A DNA stretch of 64,000 nucleotides, taken from Eledone cirrhosa (lineage: Eukaryota). The stretch spans positions 179,614,001-179,678,000 of the forward strand of contig OZ024740.1 in assembly GCA_964016885.1 (NCBI GenBank), in the 5' to 3' direction. Under the pieces are notes generated by a model. It worked only from the letters and a program-made list of their open reading frames with translations. It ran no database searches and was not told where the DNA came from. The position numbers and the translations under genes are program-made. Positions within the stretch are counted from its first letter, which is position 1. Each line of letters starts with the position of its first letter. This document shows, one piece after another, positions 46,199-59,030 of this stretch.

Positions 46199-46251
46199 AC
46201 AGATTAAATAAAGATGGCGTAGATATACAATACAACAGGAGGAACATAATA

Positions 46252-46295
46252 GAACAACTGACGATGTTGCAGATGTGCAACGAAAGAACTTTGTT
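46252..46295 (+). ncRNA. Minimal type I hammerhead motif
   Basis: CUGACGA-u-GUUGCA gaug UGCAAC-GAAA-G aa C-UU; stem I (AACAA/UGUU) is off by one register. Confidence 0.6.
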
Positions 46296-46552
46296 AGACT
46301 ATATATATGTGTGTTTGTGTCTATATTATATCGGTATTTTTGACCGTTGGTCAGTCAATGGTAAACATTGAGGACCGAATGAATTAACTGATATAAAAGA
46401 TACAGAAGCGAAAACCAACCAAACAGTGAGCGTGTTTTGTTAATAATTATGGCAATATTATTACAACAATATGACCCTCCCCAAGAATAACAATATTTGT
46501 TTCGACACGCAATTTCATATAAAAAACCTCGCAAAACAAATTCATCGCCGTC

Positions 46553-46608
<56 letters not shown>

Positions 46609-46625
46609 GGGTCCCGTAAGGAAAG

Positions 46626-46815
46626 TAATTGTTTCTACTTATGGCACAAGGCCGGCAATTATCCCAGTTTATTACTGGTACTTTATTTTATCGACCCCGT
46701 AAGGTTGAAAGGCGAAGTTAACCTCGGCGGGATTAGGACTCAGACCATAAAGGTCCGTAACTCTTTGCTGGAAAGCATGGCGTCAGACCCTCTACCGATA
46801 CTGTCAATCCACTGT
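46626..46815 (-). mobile_element. tRNA-derived SINE
   Basis: Reverse complement of the SINE consensus. Confidence 0.85.
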
Positions 46816-47400
46816 AAAGAAAACAATGAAATGTAAAGGTGTATGTAGAATGAGTATAACCACTAGGTAAAAGAAAATTGTCTTATGTTGTTTATTACAT
46901 AATTAAATACCTCTGTAAGCTACATAGACACTCCTTTTCTTTACTTTTCCTACGGAAATACTTAATATATATATCTATACATATATTGTATAAATATATA
47001 AGTAATTTTACATTTATTTATTCATTCCATTTCCTTCTTCATACACTTCTATTCGCTCATATCCGTGCGTACATCCATTCATGTGTGATAATTTACTATA
47101 AAAGCACGATTGTTATCACCCACTATATCGGAATCCCAATGGTATTAAGATTATCTATACGAATCAGCATGGCAGAAAAATGATTCAATTGGGTGAAAAT
47201 AATGATAGATGAGTAAAACAAAATTCCAAGAAACGAATAATTTACATTCATAGAATTATTACCTCCATATGTACCATTGGATATATTTCAATTTGCAGAA
47301 GTGCATATTAAATGTTTAGAATTGTATATTTAGAACACCATGATTTCTCTTCTGAAAGACAGGTTATTTATCTAATTGGTATTATATTACTAACGACGTG

Positions 47401-47595
47401 GGGCGGTGGATTGGCAGTATCGGTTGAGAGTCGGAGACCATGCTTTGAAGCATAGAGTTACCTCCCTTTATGATCTAAGTTCATATCCCGCCAAGGTTAA
47501 CTTTGCCTTTGATCTTTACGGGGTCGATACATAAAGTACCAGTAATGTACTGGTTAATTGCTGGCCTTGTGTCAAAAGTAGAAACAATTATATTA
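47401..47595 (+). mobile_element. tRNA-derived SINE
   Basis: Matches the SINE consensus. Confidence 0.85.
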
Positions 47596-48330
47596 CTAAC
47601 GAACAAATCCAAAAGTCTGTACCACTTGTGTATGCCCCGAATTTGTATATATCCTATTGTTATTATTCTGGTATACTGCTTGTTTCGTGATGTTTTAAAT
47701 CTGGCGCGAGATTCATTCCTTCTTCCAGTATATATCATCGCTAGTCTTCATATATCCCTGAACTAATAGCTACACTCGGTATTTCCTCTCCAGAATTTTC
47801 TATAATTTTCTATTTGTTGACTTCCACCAGTTCATGATAAGGAGCAGCAGTCGAAGTATCTCTTTGAAGAAAAAGTACATGAACCGCGTGGATGTGGAGG
47901 ATTTCTGAGTAACTTCCAATGCCATAAAATTAGATACTTTCTCTTAAGCAAATTGAATAAAAATTGTATATTTTCATAACCATTTGTAAATAATAATAAT
48001 ATATTCTGAACAGAAAACCAAGAATTATATGAATGACATATTTCTTCATCCATACACTTATTTTCTGAGATATATAGTTACATATTTACTACTCAAATAA
48101 GCTTGCTTCGCACAACAAATCGTGTAGCATATTTGTATATATTTCAATAAATTCGGACATATGTATATCCTTTGAAAACGCAATAGCAAATAATTATGAA
48201 ACGACAGCTTTTTATGGCACTCTTTAAAATCAAACCAAATTGATCACCAATTACTGTCGATACAGAGATGCTATATCTAACTTGTTTAATGTTATAGTTT
48301 GGAATGTTTGCATTATTTTAATTAATGAAA

Positions 48331-49122
48331 GGGTCGTGGATTAGCAGTATCGGTAGAGGGTCGGACACCATGCTTTGCAGCATAGAGTTATGGCCATTTA
48401 CGATATGAGTTCAAATCCCGCCGAGGTTAACTTTGCCTTTCATCCTTACGGGGTCGATAAAATAAAGTACCAGTAATGCACTGAGTTAATTGCTGGCCTT
48501 GTGCCTAAATTAGAAACAATATAAGAAACCATTATTTTAATTAATTAAAGGGCCGTGGATTAGCAGTATTGGTAGAGGGTTGGACGCCATGCTTTGCAGA
48601 ATAGACTTATGGCCCTTTATGATCTGAGTTCAAATCCCGCCATGGTTAACTTTGCCTTTCATCCTTATGGGGTCGATAAAATAAAGTGCCAGTCACGTAT
48701 TGGGGTAGATTTAATCTACTTTTCCCTCCCCCAAATTACTGGCCTTCTGCCTATACTAGAAATCATTGGACGCCATGCTTTCCAGCATAGTTACGTCTCT
48801 TTACGGTCTGAGTTCAAATCACGCCGAGTTTAACTTTGCCTTTCATCCTTACGGGTCGATAAAATATAGTACCAGTAATGTACTGGCCTAATTTGCTGGC
48901 CTTGTGTCAAAAGTAGAAACAATTATTTTAATTAATGTAAAATAAAGTACCAGTAATGCCCTTGTGGTTTATTTATTGACTTTTCCGTCCACAAAAGTTG
49001 TTGGCCTAGTGCCTAAATCAGAAACCATTAATAACGTAAAATGCAGTACCAGTAATACACTGGCGTAGATTTAATTGACCTTTGCCGCCCCCAAATTTTT
49101 TGTTTCAATCAGAAAACTTTAT
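48331..49122 (+). mobile_element. Head-to-tail cluster of SINE copies (two full, three progressively 5'-truncated)
   Basis: Units start at ~48331, 48549, 48766, 48940 and 49037, each ending ...AGAAA(C/T).ATT. Confidence 0.8.
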
Positions 49123-49867
49123 TTTAGTTGTATTAAGGTATTATTGGACAATCAAAAATATATATATAAAAAATAACTTCTTTTACAATTTCCCTAAAAA
49201 TATCTTTGAATCCGGTTTCAAGAAACCTGCCAACTTCAATTTGTTTAGAGTGGTAATGAATTATCTCACAGTAAATCTAATTTAGATTTCGTTTCGTTTA
49301 ATCATCCAAATATTAGCAACCGTAACAATTTCAGTGGAGTATACACTACTTTGGATAATTTATTGCCTGTAATTGAATCAAAGGCAGTTTATATTCTTAC
49401 AGTATTTTAATTAAAGCAATTTGTGATTTAAATTGGCTTGTTACTTTTTAATATATAGTTACCTTTCTTTTAAATACAAATAAGATAGTTACTATAACGA
49501 TAAATTACACAATACTGTAATTTGACTTTATATTTTTAAAAGTGTTAACCGTTTCAATCAATTCATTAACCGAAGCTTCATTACGAACTGTTTGAATTTT
49601 AAAAGTGTGACCGACAAACATTGAATTGCCTTTCGGTTAATGAATTAAGAACATATATCGTAAATGGGTTTATATGAAAAGCACTTGATCAGATCCGACT
49701 GTTCCAATTATTATTTGGCCTTGCATTTATTTGGCGTGATTAAAGTAAGCATTTGCGAAAAAAAAGGAAAGTGTAACAGCTAAATAGATCTCAACCAAAA
49801 TTGTTGATTGAAGGTAAAAATAGAAACTTAAGTATATATCATTGTAATTTGTTGAAATTCCAATGAT

Positions 49868-49940
<73 letters not shown>

Positions 49941-49987
49941 TGTATCTTATATGTACATATATGTATCATTTGAATTTCAACAAATTA

Positions 49988-50119
<132 letters not shown>

Positions 50120-50282
50120 TAATATACTCGGGTGTGTATGATTGTGTATAGAAGATTATATTAATAAAAGGAATTACAACTTAATACTTAAGTTTCTATT
50201 TTTTCCCTATATATATACTACCACACGTATTGAGTACTCTGGTATGTTATGATCCATCTGCTTCCTTACCACACTTCCTTCG

Positions 50283-50310
<28 letters not shown>

Positions 50311-50318
<8 letters not shown>

Positions 50319-50744
50319 ATACTTTGGTAGGGTCATGTTGCCAATAAGAAACACACGCACAGTGGTCACACTTCAATTTATTATAAATTAAATTATAAAT
50401 TTCAAATAATTTATAAATTTCCGATTTTTTGGTTGGTTGGTTCCACAACCAGACGGTAGTTGATATATTGTCAAAGTTCTTTCGTCACACATTCCGTGAC
50501 CTCTTCAGTGACTGGGGATTCTTTTCTTTGTTTTGTGCCTCTCCTTTGTTCTGTCGTACGCCATCTTGTATTTGTGTGTGTTGTTTGCTTTTTGCGCATG
50601 TGTTATAATTTAATTTATAATACATTGAGTGAAAGCACTGGTGCGTGTGTTTCTTATTGGCAACATGACCCTCCCAAAGTATAACAATATCGGTTTCAAC
50701 ACACGTTTTCAGATAAAGAATCTTGCTAAACAAATTCTGAAACG
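50311..50744 (-). mobile_element. Penelope-derived non-autonomous element with inverted terminal segments and a central hammerhead
   Basis: 50311-50398 is inverted at ~50604-50690; 50642-50744 resembles 46430-46552; (TA)n on both sides. Confidence 0.75.
50470..50512 (-). ncRNA. Minimal type I hammerhead ribozyme
   Basis: Minus strand: GUCA-CUGAAGA-g-GUCAC ggaaugu GUGAC-GAAA-G aa C-UU-UGAC; all three stems pair. Confidence 0.75.
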
Positions 50745-51617
50745 ATATATATATATATGCTATTGAGTTTATCATAGTATACAACAAAGGATTATACATG
50801 TATGTCAATATGGATAAATATCCATACTCCTGAAGCTGCAAGTTTGAATGTTTAAATTACCGACTCAGATGTTTTAATTTAAACTGAAAACATTCATTGT
50901 CAGGGAGAGGATATATATTTCAAGACATGCCAATATAGGTCTTGTTGGTACGTGTTGGGATGACCCTTTTACCATAAGAGTGAATACACTTTCTATCTAA
51001 CAACTTTCTGAGGTATGGAGGGGTATCTCAGATAATATTTTAATAAACTAGGTTTTCTATTTACCATATGTTACAAAATACTGCAAATAACACCTGTGAT
51101 ATGGCATTAGTATGGATTGCACATTCACTCAGTCAATACCAACTCATATTTAATTAAATGCGATCACTAAAACATGGCAAGGAGTTCCAAGTGTACTAGA
51201 CATGCATGTATAAACCACTTCGTCTACTGTATATTTGAAGGTAGTTATTTCCAAAGAAATACGATATACCTATGTACAATATAGTTGATAGTGTTCTCAT
51301 TAGAGAAATCGAATATTGGACCATGTGTGTTAGTGGCCGTTAGATTTAAATTCGTTAAGGTATTATCTATATATCTAAAACAGAGATTGTCTGTCTGTCT
51401 GACTCACTAAAACTGGAGAACCACCCAACCGATTTTTTCAAACATTACACATGTAATACTTATGGTCGTGTGAGTGTTTTGGGCCCAGATATTTCAAATT
51501 TTCAATGCCCTAGGGACGGCATTAGGCGCCAGTAACGTCGTGCGCGCCGTTATAATATCTGTCATTGACTTGGCTATCTGTGTGTGTGTGTGTATATGTA
51601 TATCTATATAGTGTATG

Positions 51618-51746
<129 letters not shown>

Positions 51747-51900
51747 TATACTCGGGTGTGTATGATTGTGTATAGAAGATTATATTAATAAAAGGAATTA
51801 CAACTTTGTCTGATTTACTCGTTTTATTTACAATCCTTTAAAATTTATAATGGTATTAGAATGAAATAGTATGGTAGAATATTAAATGTTCAGTCTTAAT

Positions 51901-51939
51901 TGAACAAGTACTTTCATGCTTTCGCAATCTTCAGGTTCA
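51901..51939 (-). ncRNA. Minimal type I hammerhead ribozyme with palindromic stem III
   Basis: Minus strand: UGAAC-CUGAAGA-u-UGC GAAA GCA-u-GAAA-GUAC-UU-GUUCA; 5-bp stem I, GNRA-capped stem II, AGUACU palindrome. Confidence 0.8.
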
Positions 51940-52241
51940 TATTGTGTGGTGACAGTCAAGTTTGCAATTTTCAACTGTAATGAGATGGGTAAATGTTGTG
52001 CCTTATATACAGTGAAAAGTGGCTCCAGAATGCTAAATCTTGCAAACTGTATTTCGACCAATCGGTGTGTCGTTTCACTGAATCACTAAAGCTGATTGGT
52101 TTAGGCGTCACGGTTGTTTGAGCATGTCTAACGACTACTAATTGATCCTATCCAAAGCATCAATTGTTTTGCTATTTTTAGAAATGTTGAAAAAAGCATT
52201 TTCTAGTAATCATCACCATCAACATCACTTTAATTATTATT

Positions 52242-52283
<42 letters not shown>

Positions 52284-52371
52284 AGTGGTCGTAGTCGACA
52301 TGGTCGTAGTCATAGTCTTAGTAGGAGTAATATATATATATATATATACATATACAGTGTGTAACGTTTTT

Positions 52372-52610
52372 CGAAATATTTACTTCTGCGCTCACAGATT
52401 GCTTTTTTTAGTTTCATAAGATCCCGTTAAGCAGCGATTCTTTGCTTAAACTTTAATCTGTTATTTCATTGTATATATACACGAGGGTGGAGATACGATT
52501 TTAAGAATAAGATTGAGAATACATGGATGAGGAAAGCACGATCCAGAGAGGAATGGACGGCGTTCTGTGACCAGCGGCGCTGAATGGACAGGTCGGTCAA
52601 GGTGATCAAG

Positions 52611-52704
<94 letters not shown>

Positions 52705-52910
52705 ACCTTGATTACAGAACGCCGTCCATTCCTCTCTGGATCGTGCTTTCCTCATCCATGTATTCCCAATTTTATTCTTAAAATCGTATCTCCACCCTCG
52801 TGTATATATATATTGAAATAATAGATTAAAGTTTAAGCAAAGAATCGCTGCTTAACGGGATCTTATGAAACTAAAAAAAGCAATCTGTGAGCGCAGAAGT
52901 AAATATTTCG
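52372..52910. repeat. Long inverted duplication centred on a (TA)~44 tract, containing an RTE-like 3' end
   Basis: Arms 52372-52614 and 52703-52910; the left arm encodes [23 protein letters not shown]... and ends (TCAAGGTGA)2. Confidence 0.85.
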
Positions 52911-53138
52911 TATTTATTTCACGAGGCTCGACAGCAGCAAATACAACAACAAAGAAGGGAGGGAGCGCAACTACATGCTTTTGAAAAATCTTAATGGAAA
53001 ATTATTTGCCTATTCACCCAAGGCAACTTCACATTTTATTAGGACTTCTGCTTCAATTGGTGAACATACGACGAAACTGTTTCAGAATGGAGGGATAAAC
53101 ATGCCAATCTATGTTTAGAACCCGGGCCATTCTGCTAG

Positions 53139-53617
53139 TCTATATATCTAAAACAGGGAATGTCTGTCTGTCTGTCTGTCGAGAACCACCCAACCGATTT
53201 TTTTACATCTTTACACATGTAATACTTATGGTCGTGTAAGTCTTTTCAGCAAACAATATTTCAAATTTTCAATGCTTCAGGGACCGCATTAGGCGAAAAC
53301 CCGCATATTTTAGGCTTTAAATGCTTTTTAGGGCATAACGGAACAATAATCCAGGCGATTACTTCAAAATTTGCATTACTTATGGCGTTTAAAGTGTTTT
53401 GAGCAAAAAGGATTTTCTGACTTTTTGGCCCAAGGACCGCATTGTTTAGCATCTTGGTTGCGTCAGGGTCTGTAACCTTAAACGTATCCAACTAAATTCC
53501 TTCATGCTCTCCACCACTGCAGTCCCCTATGTTTACTGCTCTGTACTGTTTTAGAAAGGAGGGATAAACATGCCAATCTATGTTTAGATCCCGAGCAACG
53601 CTGGGCCATTCTGCTAG
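53139..53617 (+). mobile_element. Non-autonomous Helitron, complete short copy
   Basis: TCTATATATCTAAAA start; CCCGAGCAACGCTGGG hairpin; CTAG|T end. Confidence 0.8.
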
Positions 53618-53619
53618 TA

Positions 53620-53806
53620 TAATAGTTGTTTCTACTTTTGGCACAAGGCTAGCAATTACCCAGTGCATTACTGATATTTTATCGACCCCGTAAGAATGAA
53701 AGGCAAAGTTAACCTCGACGGGACTTGAACTCTGACCGTAAAGGGACGTAACTATGTTGGAAAGCATGGCGTCCGACCCTCTACCTATACTGCCAATCCA
53801 CCGCCC
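53620..53806 (-). mobile_element. tRNA-derived SINE
   Basis: Reverse complement of the SINE consensus. Confidence 0.85.
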
Positions 53807-56751
53807 TTCCATCTATTAGTAATAATATTTATTAAACATAGAATGTATGTTGTTCGATATAATTCACTGTATGCCGCAGTAGATCAACATAAATACTGTG
53901 AAATTTGTATAAAATGAAATTCCTAATATTAGTAAATATCGCTTTTCAAGTCATTAATCACAGATTTAATATGTTGCTTAATATAATTTAATAATCATCA
54001 TTTTAAATATTAGCAATTGCAGTAGACACTGGTAAAGATAGACTTGTATTTGCAATGGCATTTGTATCTGATTTCCACGAAATTCCTTGAAATATTATCT
54101 TTGTAGTCACACTGCCTTAACATAATTCATAAATGGTAAAGCGATGCTTAATTCACTCTTGCTTCAATCTAACAAGTTAACAATTTATATCATAATGAAA
54201 TAAAATGAAATGATTATTATAGTTCTACTGTCTCCAAGAATACATAAATATTGCAATAGTTACTATAAACATATATCAATGTGTCAAAATAATTAAATCT
54301 CAGCACATGAATTGAGGATAATTTAGTTGTTCTATGTCTACCTTTAGTAAATCAGTAAACTATATACTGAGAATTCAGTAGACATATAGGAGTAAAACAT
54401 ATATTAAATTTGACTTGTTGAAAGTAAAACAAAATTAAAAAGTAAAGAAATATATAATTTATTATCATTTAGATATTTTATTAAATTTAACTATAACTAT
54501 TTATTGCGCAGAATAATTTCCTTTTTAAAGTTGTACGGTAATTTCAGAACGATGACCAACAGGAGAATATATTACCAATGCAATAATTCTGTCGACGCGA
54601 TTTTCATTTCCAATTACTTATCCTCCTCTTTATGTATTGATTTTTATTTCAGGAATAAACTCCTGAAATAAACGTTTGCACGTCTAGGTTTGAATCAATA
54701 ATATATCATGCAACGCAATTATCATATGTGTTGATTGTACACGTGGCGCTTATATCGGTACTGCATAAATATCTCCTCTTCGAAGCTGAATGCTCTCATT
54801 CCAATTCCGTTGAAAGCCCTCAAACTGACACATCACTTTTATGACTAATATTGTTTCGACCACCAGACCTCTCTTTGACTATGTATTCTTTCTCATCCAC
54901 TTTCCTATTACAGACCGTCCATTGACAAGTTCTACTATTTTTCAAGAAAAACAATCACATCCATGACAAATGTCTAGAAGAGACGTAGAAGCCTATAGAA
55001 ATATACCTTCTATTTTCAATCTTGTGAACGTCTGTGTCTAAAATATATTAAACCTAAATGTTAGCCATGCTCTCACACAGAATAGCAAAAATACAAACAA
55101 ATAAAAATGAGTTATATAAATGTGTGAAGTTTTAAATAAAAATGTGCCATAAAGATGTTTTGTACTTATTCATAAACTATAAATAAGAAACCATATGGAG
55201 AAGCACAAATATTATTTTTGAATATATAAAAACAGAATATATATTTCAAGTTGAAAGTTGAGTAGCACTAACGATGTTTAATTATTTAGTTAACAGCAAG
55301 ATAAACATTCAAATTTCCTTATATGCGAGAAATCAAATCTTTAGATGCGAAGCTTGAGTCAGAGTCGCATCTATTGTTTAATTATAAAAAAAACAAACAT
55401 TTTGCTCGAATGCAGTATACATTATCTCCTTAATGTATACAGAAATGATAATTAATGACGTTTTACTGTTTAAAAGATAGGTTAAAGTTCTTCCAGTTGA
55501 TCTAATTCTTTGAACGATACTTATTTCTCTACGTCACACAATACAAATATGATTTCAACTGTCAAGGCAAGGGGATCAAAATAAACATCTAAATCTCTAA
55601 ATATCGGGCAGAATATTTTCAGAAATATATTTCGCACAAATATGGTATATTAAAAGTTATATAAATATGCTATATTAAAAGTTAAACATTAAAAAATTTC
55701 CAAATTGAAAATTATTTCAATTTATTTTTGCAGAAATATAAATAGCGACGGTAATTATGGCAGTAGTGGAATAAAAGGAGAATCACACAGGTTTACTGAA
55801 ATAAAGATTTGTAAGTAATAGATTAGTGTGTTAAAATTATAATCTACTTTGTAAAGACATTAAACTATATTTTGTGGAATATATATATAAGAGAGCACTT
55901 GACATTGATTGATTTTGCGCACGTGGTTCGTATTCCAAATTCAAATTCATATCAATGCACTAACTCTTTATCGCTGTCTAATTGCTTGTGATATTTAATG
56001 TCCGGAAAACGTTTGAGATACAGTCGCACCACATTTGCCATAGTACTTGGAGCCCACAGCGGAATGCTACCATTTTATTGTACAGCGATTGGAAACATAT
56101 TTTTCTCTAATAACCGACTTTTAAACTCCCTTGTTAATTTGTGTTTGATTTGAGATAAGGTAGTTGATTAATTATAGAAGGGTTGAAGCATAGAATCTCG
56201 ACTCCTAGCTTTGAAGTAATTTTCTGAAACAGTATCAAATCGCTTGGTGGTATTTTGATGACGTCCAGGGATTCCAGTTACTGCTGCACTACTGTGACAT
56301 CTGTCGCATTTACTGCCATAATCAGCACCCACTGGAATCGAATCCTGTCGATCGATTGGTTATTGATTAGGCGAGACCACTGATGAAGCCACATGGGTCT
56401 ATTGTGCATTATTGCATAATAAATATACAAACAATGGATGATATGACTCTCTCACTGCATTAAGTGGGGCAGTACTCGAGTACGGGTATAGTTTTATGCT
56501 ACCCATTTACGGATGTTCTATCCAGGCCAACAACTTTGTGTCTACTCTGGATTTATACATAACCTTACGTAATGAGTACGCTGAGATGTAACCGTTACTT
56601 GCAGGGAGACCATGTGCTAATCCCGTTAACCTCTTATTTTATATATATATATGTAAATATACATACATATATATAATTGGTGTGGGATGCTTAAAGCGTC
56701 CGTAAGCAGTATGGCGTTTGAGCACTCGATACTCTTACAGGGCAGAGTATA

Positions 56752-57030
56752 ATATCACGAAACAGAGAATCAGTGGTGCAACGAGTAACATTTATTAGAC
56801 ATATTACAATCATTTCTCTGACGACCAGCTCGAAGCACAATCGAAACAATGATCATTGCCAGAGAAACGATTGTAATATGTCTAATAAATCCTGTGTCTA
56901 AAATATATTAAACCTAAATGTTAGCCATGCTCTGACACAGAATAGCAAAAATACAAACAAACAAAAATGAGTTATATAAATAATAAATCCTATTTGTCGC
57001 AGCACTGATTCTCCGTTTCTTATGTGATAT
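56752..57030 (+). repeat. Fold-back element with a degenerate hammerhead at the apex and an 88-bp insertion in the right arm
   Basis: Left arm ..ATTTATTAGACATATTACAATCATTTCTCTG, right arm CAGAGAAACGATTGTAATATGTCTAATAAAT..; apex CTGACGA...GAAA CAATGATCATTG CC. Confidence 0.75.
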
Positions 57031-57050
57031 ATATATATATATATATATAT

Positions 57051-57522
57051 AGTTAAAAGAATAGAGGTGTAACACACAAGTTATTATATGTTGGTAAACG
57101 GAATAGAAAATGCTGACAAATTGTTCACAGTTGAAAAATGGTTTAATTAGGAATAAAAGAGTATTAGTGATTGTATGGGTTAGTATTCAGTTGTGATTTT
57201 AAGTTTTTAAGTTTTTACCGGTTGCGCATTTCTAAATGCTTTTCAAAAATAATTTTGAGATAGAGTGTCCGTGCTGTTTGCTCTGATCAGATAAGAGCAA
57301 ACAGCACGGACACTCTATCTCAAAATTATTTTTGAAAAGCATTTAGAAATGCGCAACCGGTAAACAATTAAAAACTTAAAACCACAACTGAATACTAACC
57401 CATACAATCACTAATACTCTTTTATTCCTAATTAAACCATTTTTCAACTGTGAACAATTTGTCAGCATTTTCTATTCCGTTTACCAATATATAATAACTT
57501 GTGTGTTACACCTCTATTCTTT

Positions 57523-57527
<5 letters not shown>
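57051..57527. repeat. Near-perfect 477-bp palindrome flanked by (TA)n
   Basis: ~234-bp arms with few mismatches; centre at 57289 (CTCTGATCAGATAAGAG). Confidence 0.95.
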
Positions 57528-57586
<59 letters not shown>

Positions 57587-58169
57587 CGTGTGTGTGTATG
57601 TGTACGTATGTTTATTTTTTATGTTTGTGTATATATATATATATATACACATGCATATATGTGTGTGTGTTTTTATACGTGTGTATGATTATCTATATAT
57701 GTATATGTGTGTGTGCGTGTGTATGTATGAAATGTGCATACTTATATATATATATATTTATGTATATGCACATCTCGTGTATTTGTTTATTTTAAAGTTG
57801 TTTTTATATCCCCCCCCCCTCTACACACTCATACTTATCGTTGTCAACACGTCTCGCTTTTGTCTTTATTTTGTTTTTGACTGTATATTTTTTGTTATTA
57901 TTTATTACTTCTTGTATATGTATATGTATGTATTTATGTCCCTGTCTGTAGACGCTAATACGCTTATGTGAAAAAGTATACGTCTTCGTACTTTTTAAGT
58001 ATATTCACGTGGTTTAATGTGTGTATGTTTACGTTCTCGATATTTATTGTTTATATATATATTTTTATTCCCCCCTTCTTTTTAACCCGTTTTTTTCTCA
58101 GCCTCACTTTCATATTTCTTAAATTTTGTTTTCAAATTCATATTTAATAAAAAAACACCATGTTTTTTA

Positions 58170-58230
58170 TTCATTCTGACGACTGAAAACAGATACAATA
58201 TCTGCTTTCAAGAAACCACTGGTAAATGAA
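58170..58230 (+). ncRNA. Type I hammerhead ribozyme motif
   Basis: UUCAUU-CUGACGA-c-UGAAAaCAGAUA caa UAUCUGcUUUCA-a-GAAA-CC acu GG-UA-AAUGAA; 6-bp stem I, long stem II, GUA site. Confidence 0.75.
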
Positions 58231-58357
58231 ATAATTATGTTATGTTGTTTATTAAATAACGAATAAGCTCTGTATCCTACATAGAGCACTATTTTTTCCT
58301 GTACCTTTTCGACGGAATTACTTCACACACGCACACACACATATATATATATATATA

Positions 58358-59030
58358 CAGGTTGTCCCAAACAATTTGACATCATTTCGCAGGGCAATAA
58401 TTTTGGCAATTCTTGTTGAAATAACCTCAAATTTTCACAGAATGTATAGAAATAGATCAAGATTTATATTTAATGTTTTATATTTTTCTCTTTTAATTTG
58501 AGAAATGCCGTTCACTTCCAAAGAAAAGTCATTTTGCGTCTTGGAATATGCTCGAACACAGTCACCCAAGACTGTGCAGCGTGCCTTCAATGCAATACTT
58601 GGGAAAAAGTCACCAACTGGCAAACAGTTTTCTCAGGATACGCCAAACAGTCATTCGAGGAATCTGGGTTTCCAAACTTGTTCTATTTACGGACTTCTTG
58701 GGGCTTCGCAAGAGTTTTTCACGAACTTGCTCGACATTCTCTTCTGCATAAGCAGCCTTCCTCTTTCAATTGTTGGTACCAGGTCCAAATTTGTTTGCCA
58801 GTTGGTGACTTCCTTTCCAAATTATGCATTGAAGGCATAATCCAAGACGCAAAATGACTTTTCTTTGGAAGTGAACGGCGTTTCTCAACCTGAAAAGTGA
58901 AAAATATAAAACATTAAATATAAAATCTTCATCTGTTTCTATACATTCTGTGAAAATTTGAGCTTATTCCAACAAGAATTGCCAAAATTATTGGCCTGCA
59001 AAATGGTGTCAAACTTTTGGGGAAACCCTG
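58358..59030. mobile_element. Fold-back non-autonomous Tc1/mariner derivative built from two left ends
   Basis: TA|CAGG...CCTG|TA ends; both arms carry the transposase N-terminus (MPFTSKEKSFCVLEYARTQSPKTVQRAF, DUF4817-like HTH); the middle on the minus strand reads NVEQVREKLLRSPKKSVNRTSLETQIPRMTVWRILRK. Confidence 0.8.

Larger units (their letters stand above)
45511..46552 (+). mobile_element. 5'-truncated Penelope-like element between (TA)n tracts
   Basis: GIY-YIG coding remnant, then a hammerhead motif and a 3' segment (46430-46552) shared with the 50311-50744 element. Confidence 0.8.

Noticed and set aside
56374-56402. AGACCA CTGATGA AGCC, hammerhead-like
   Set aside because: No GAAA or stem III follows
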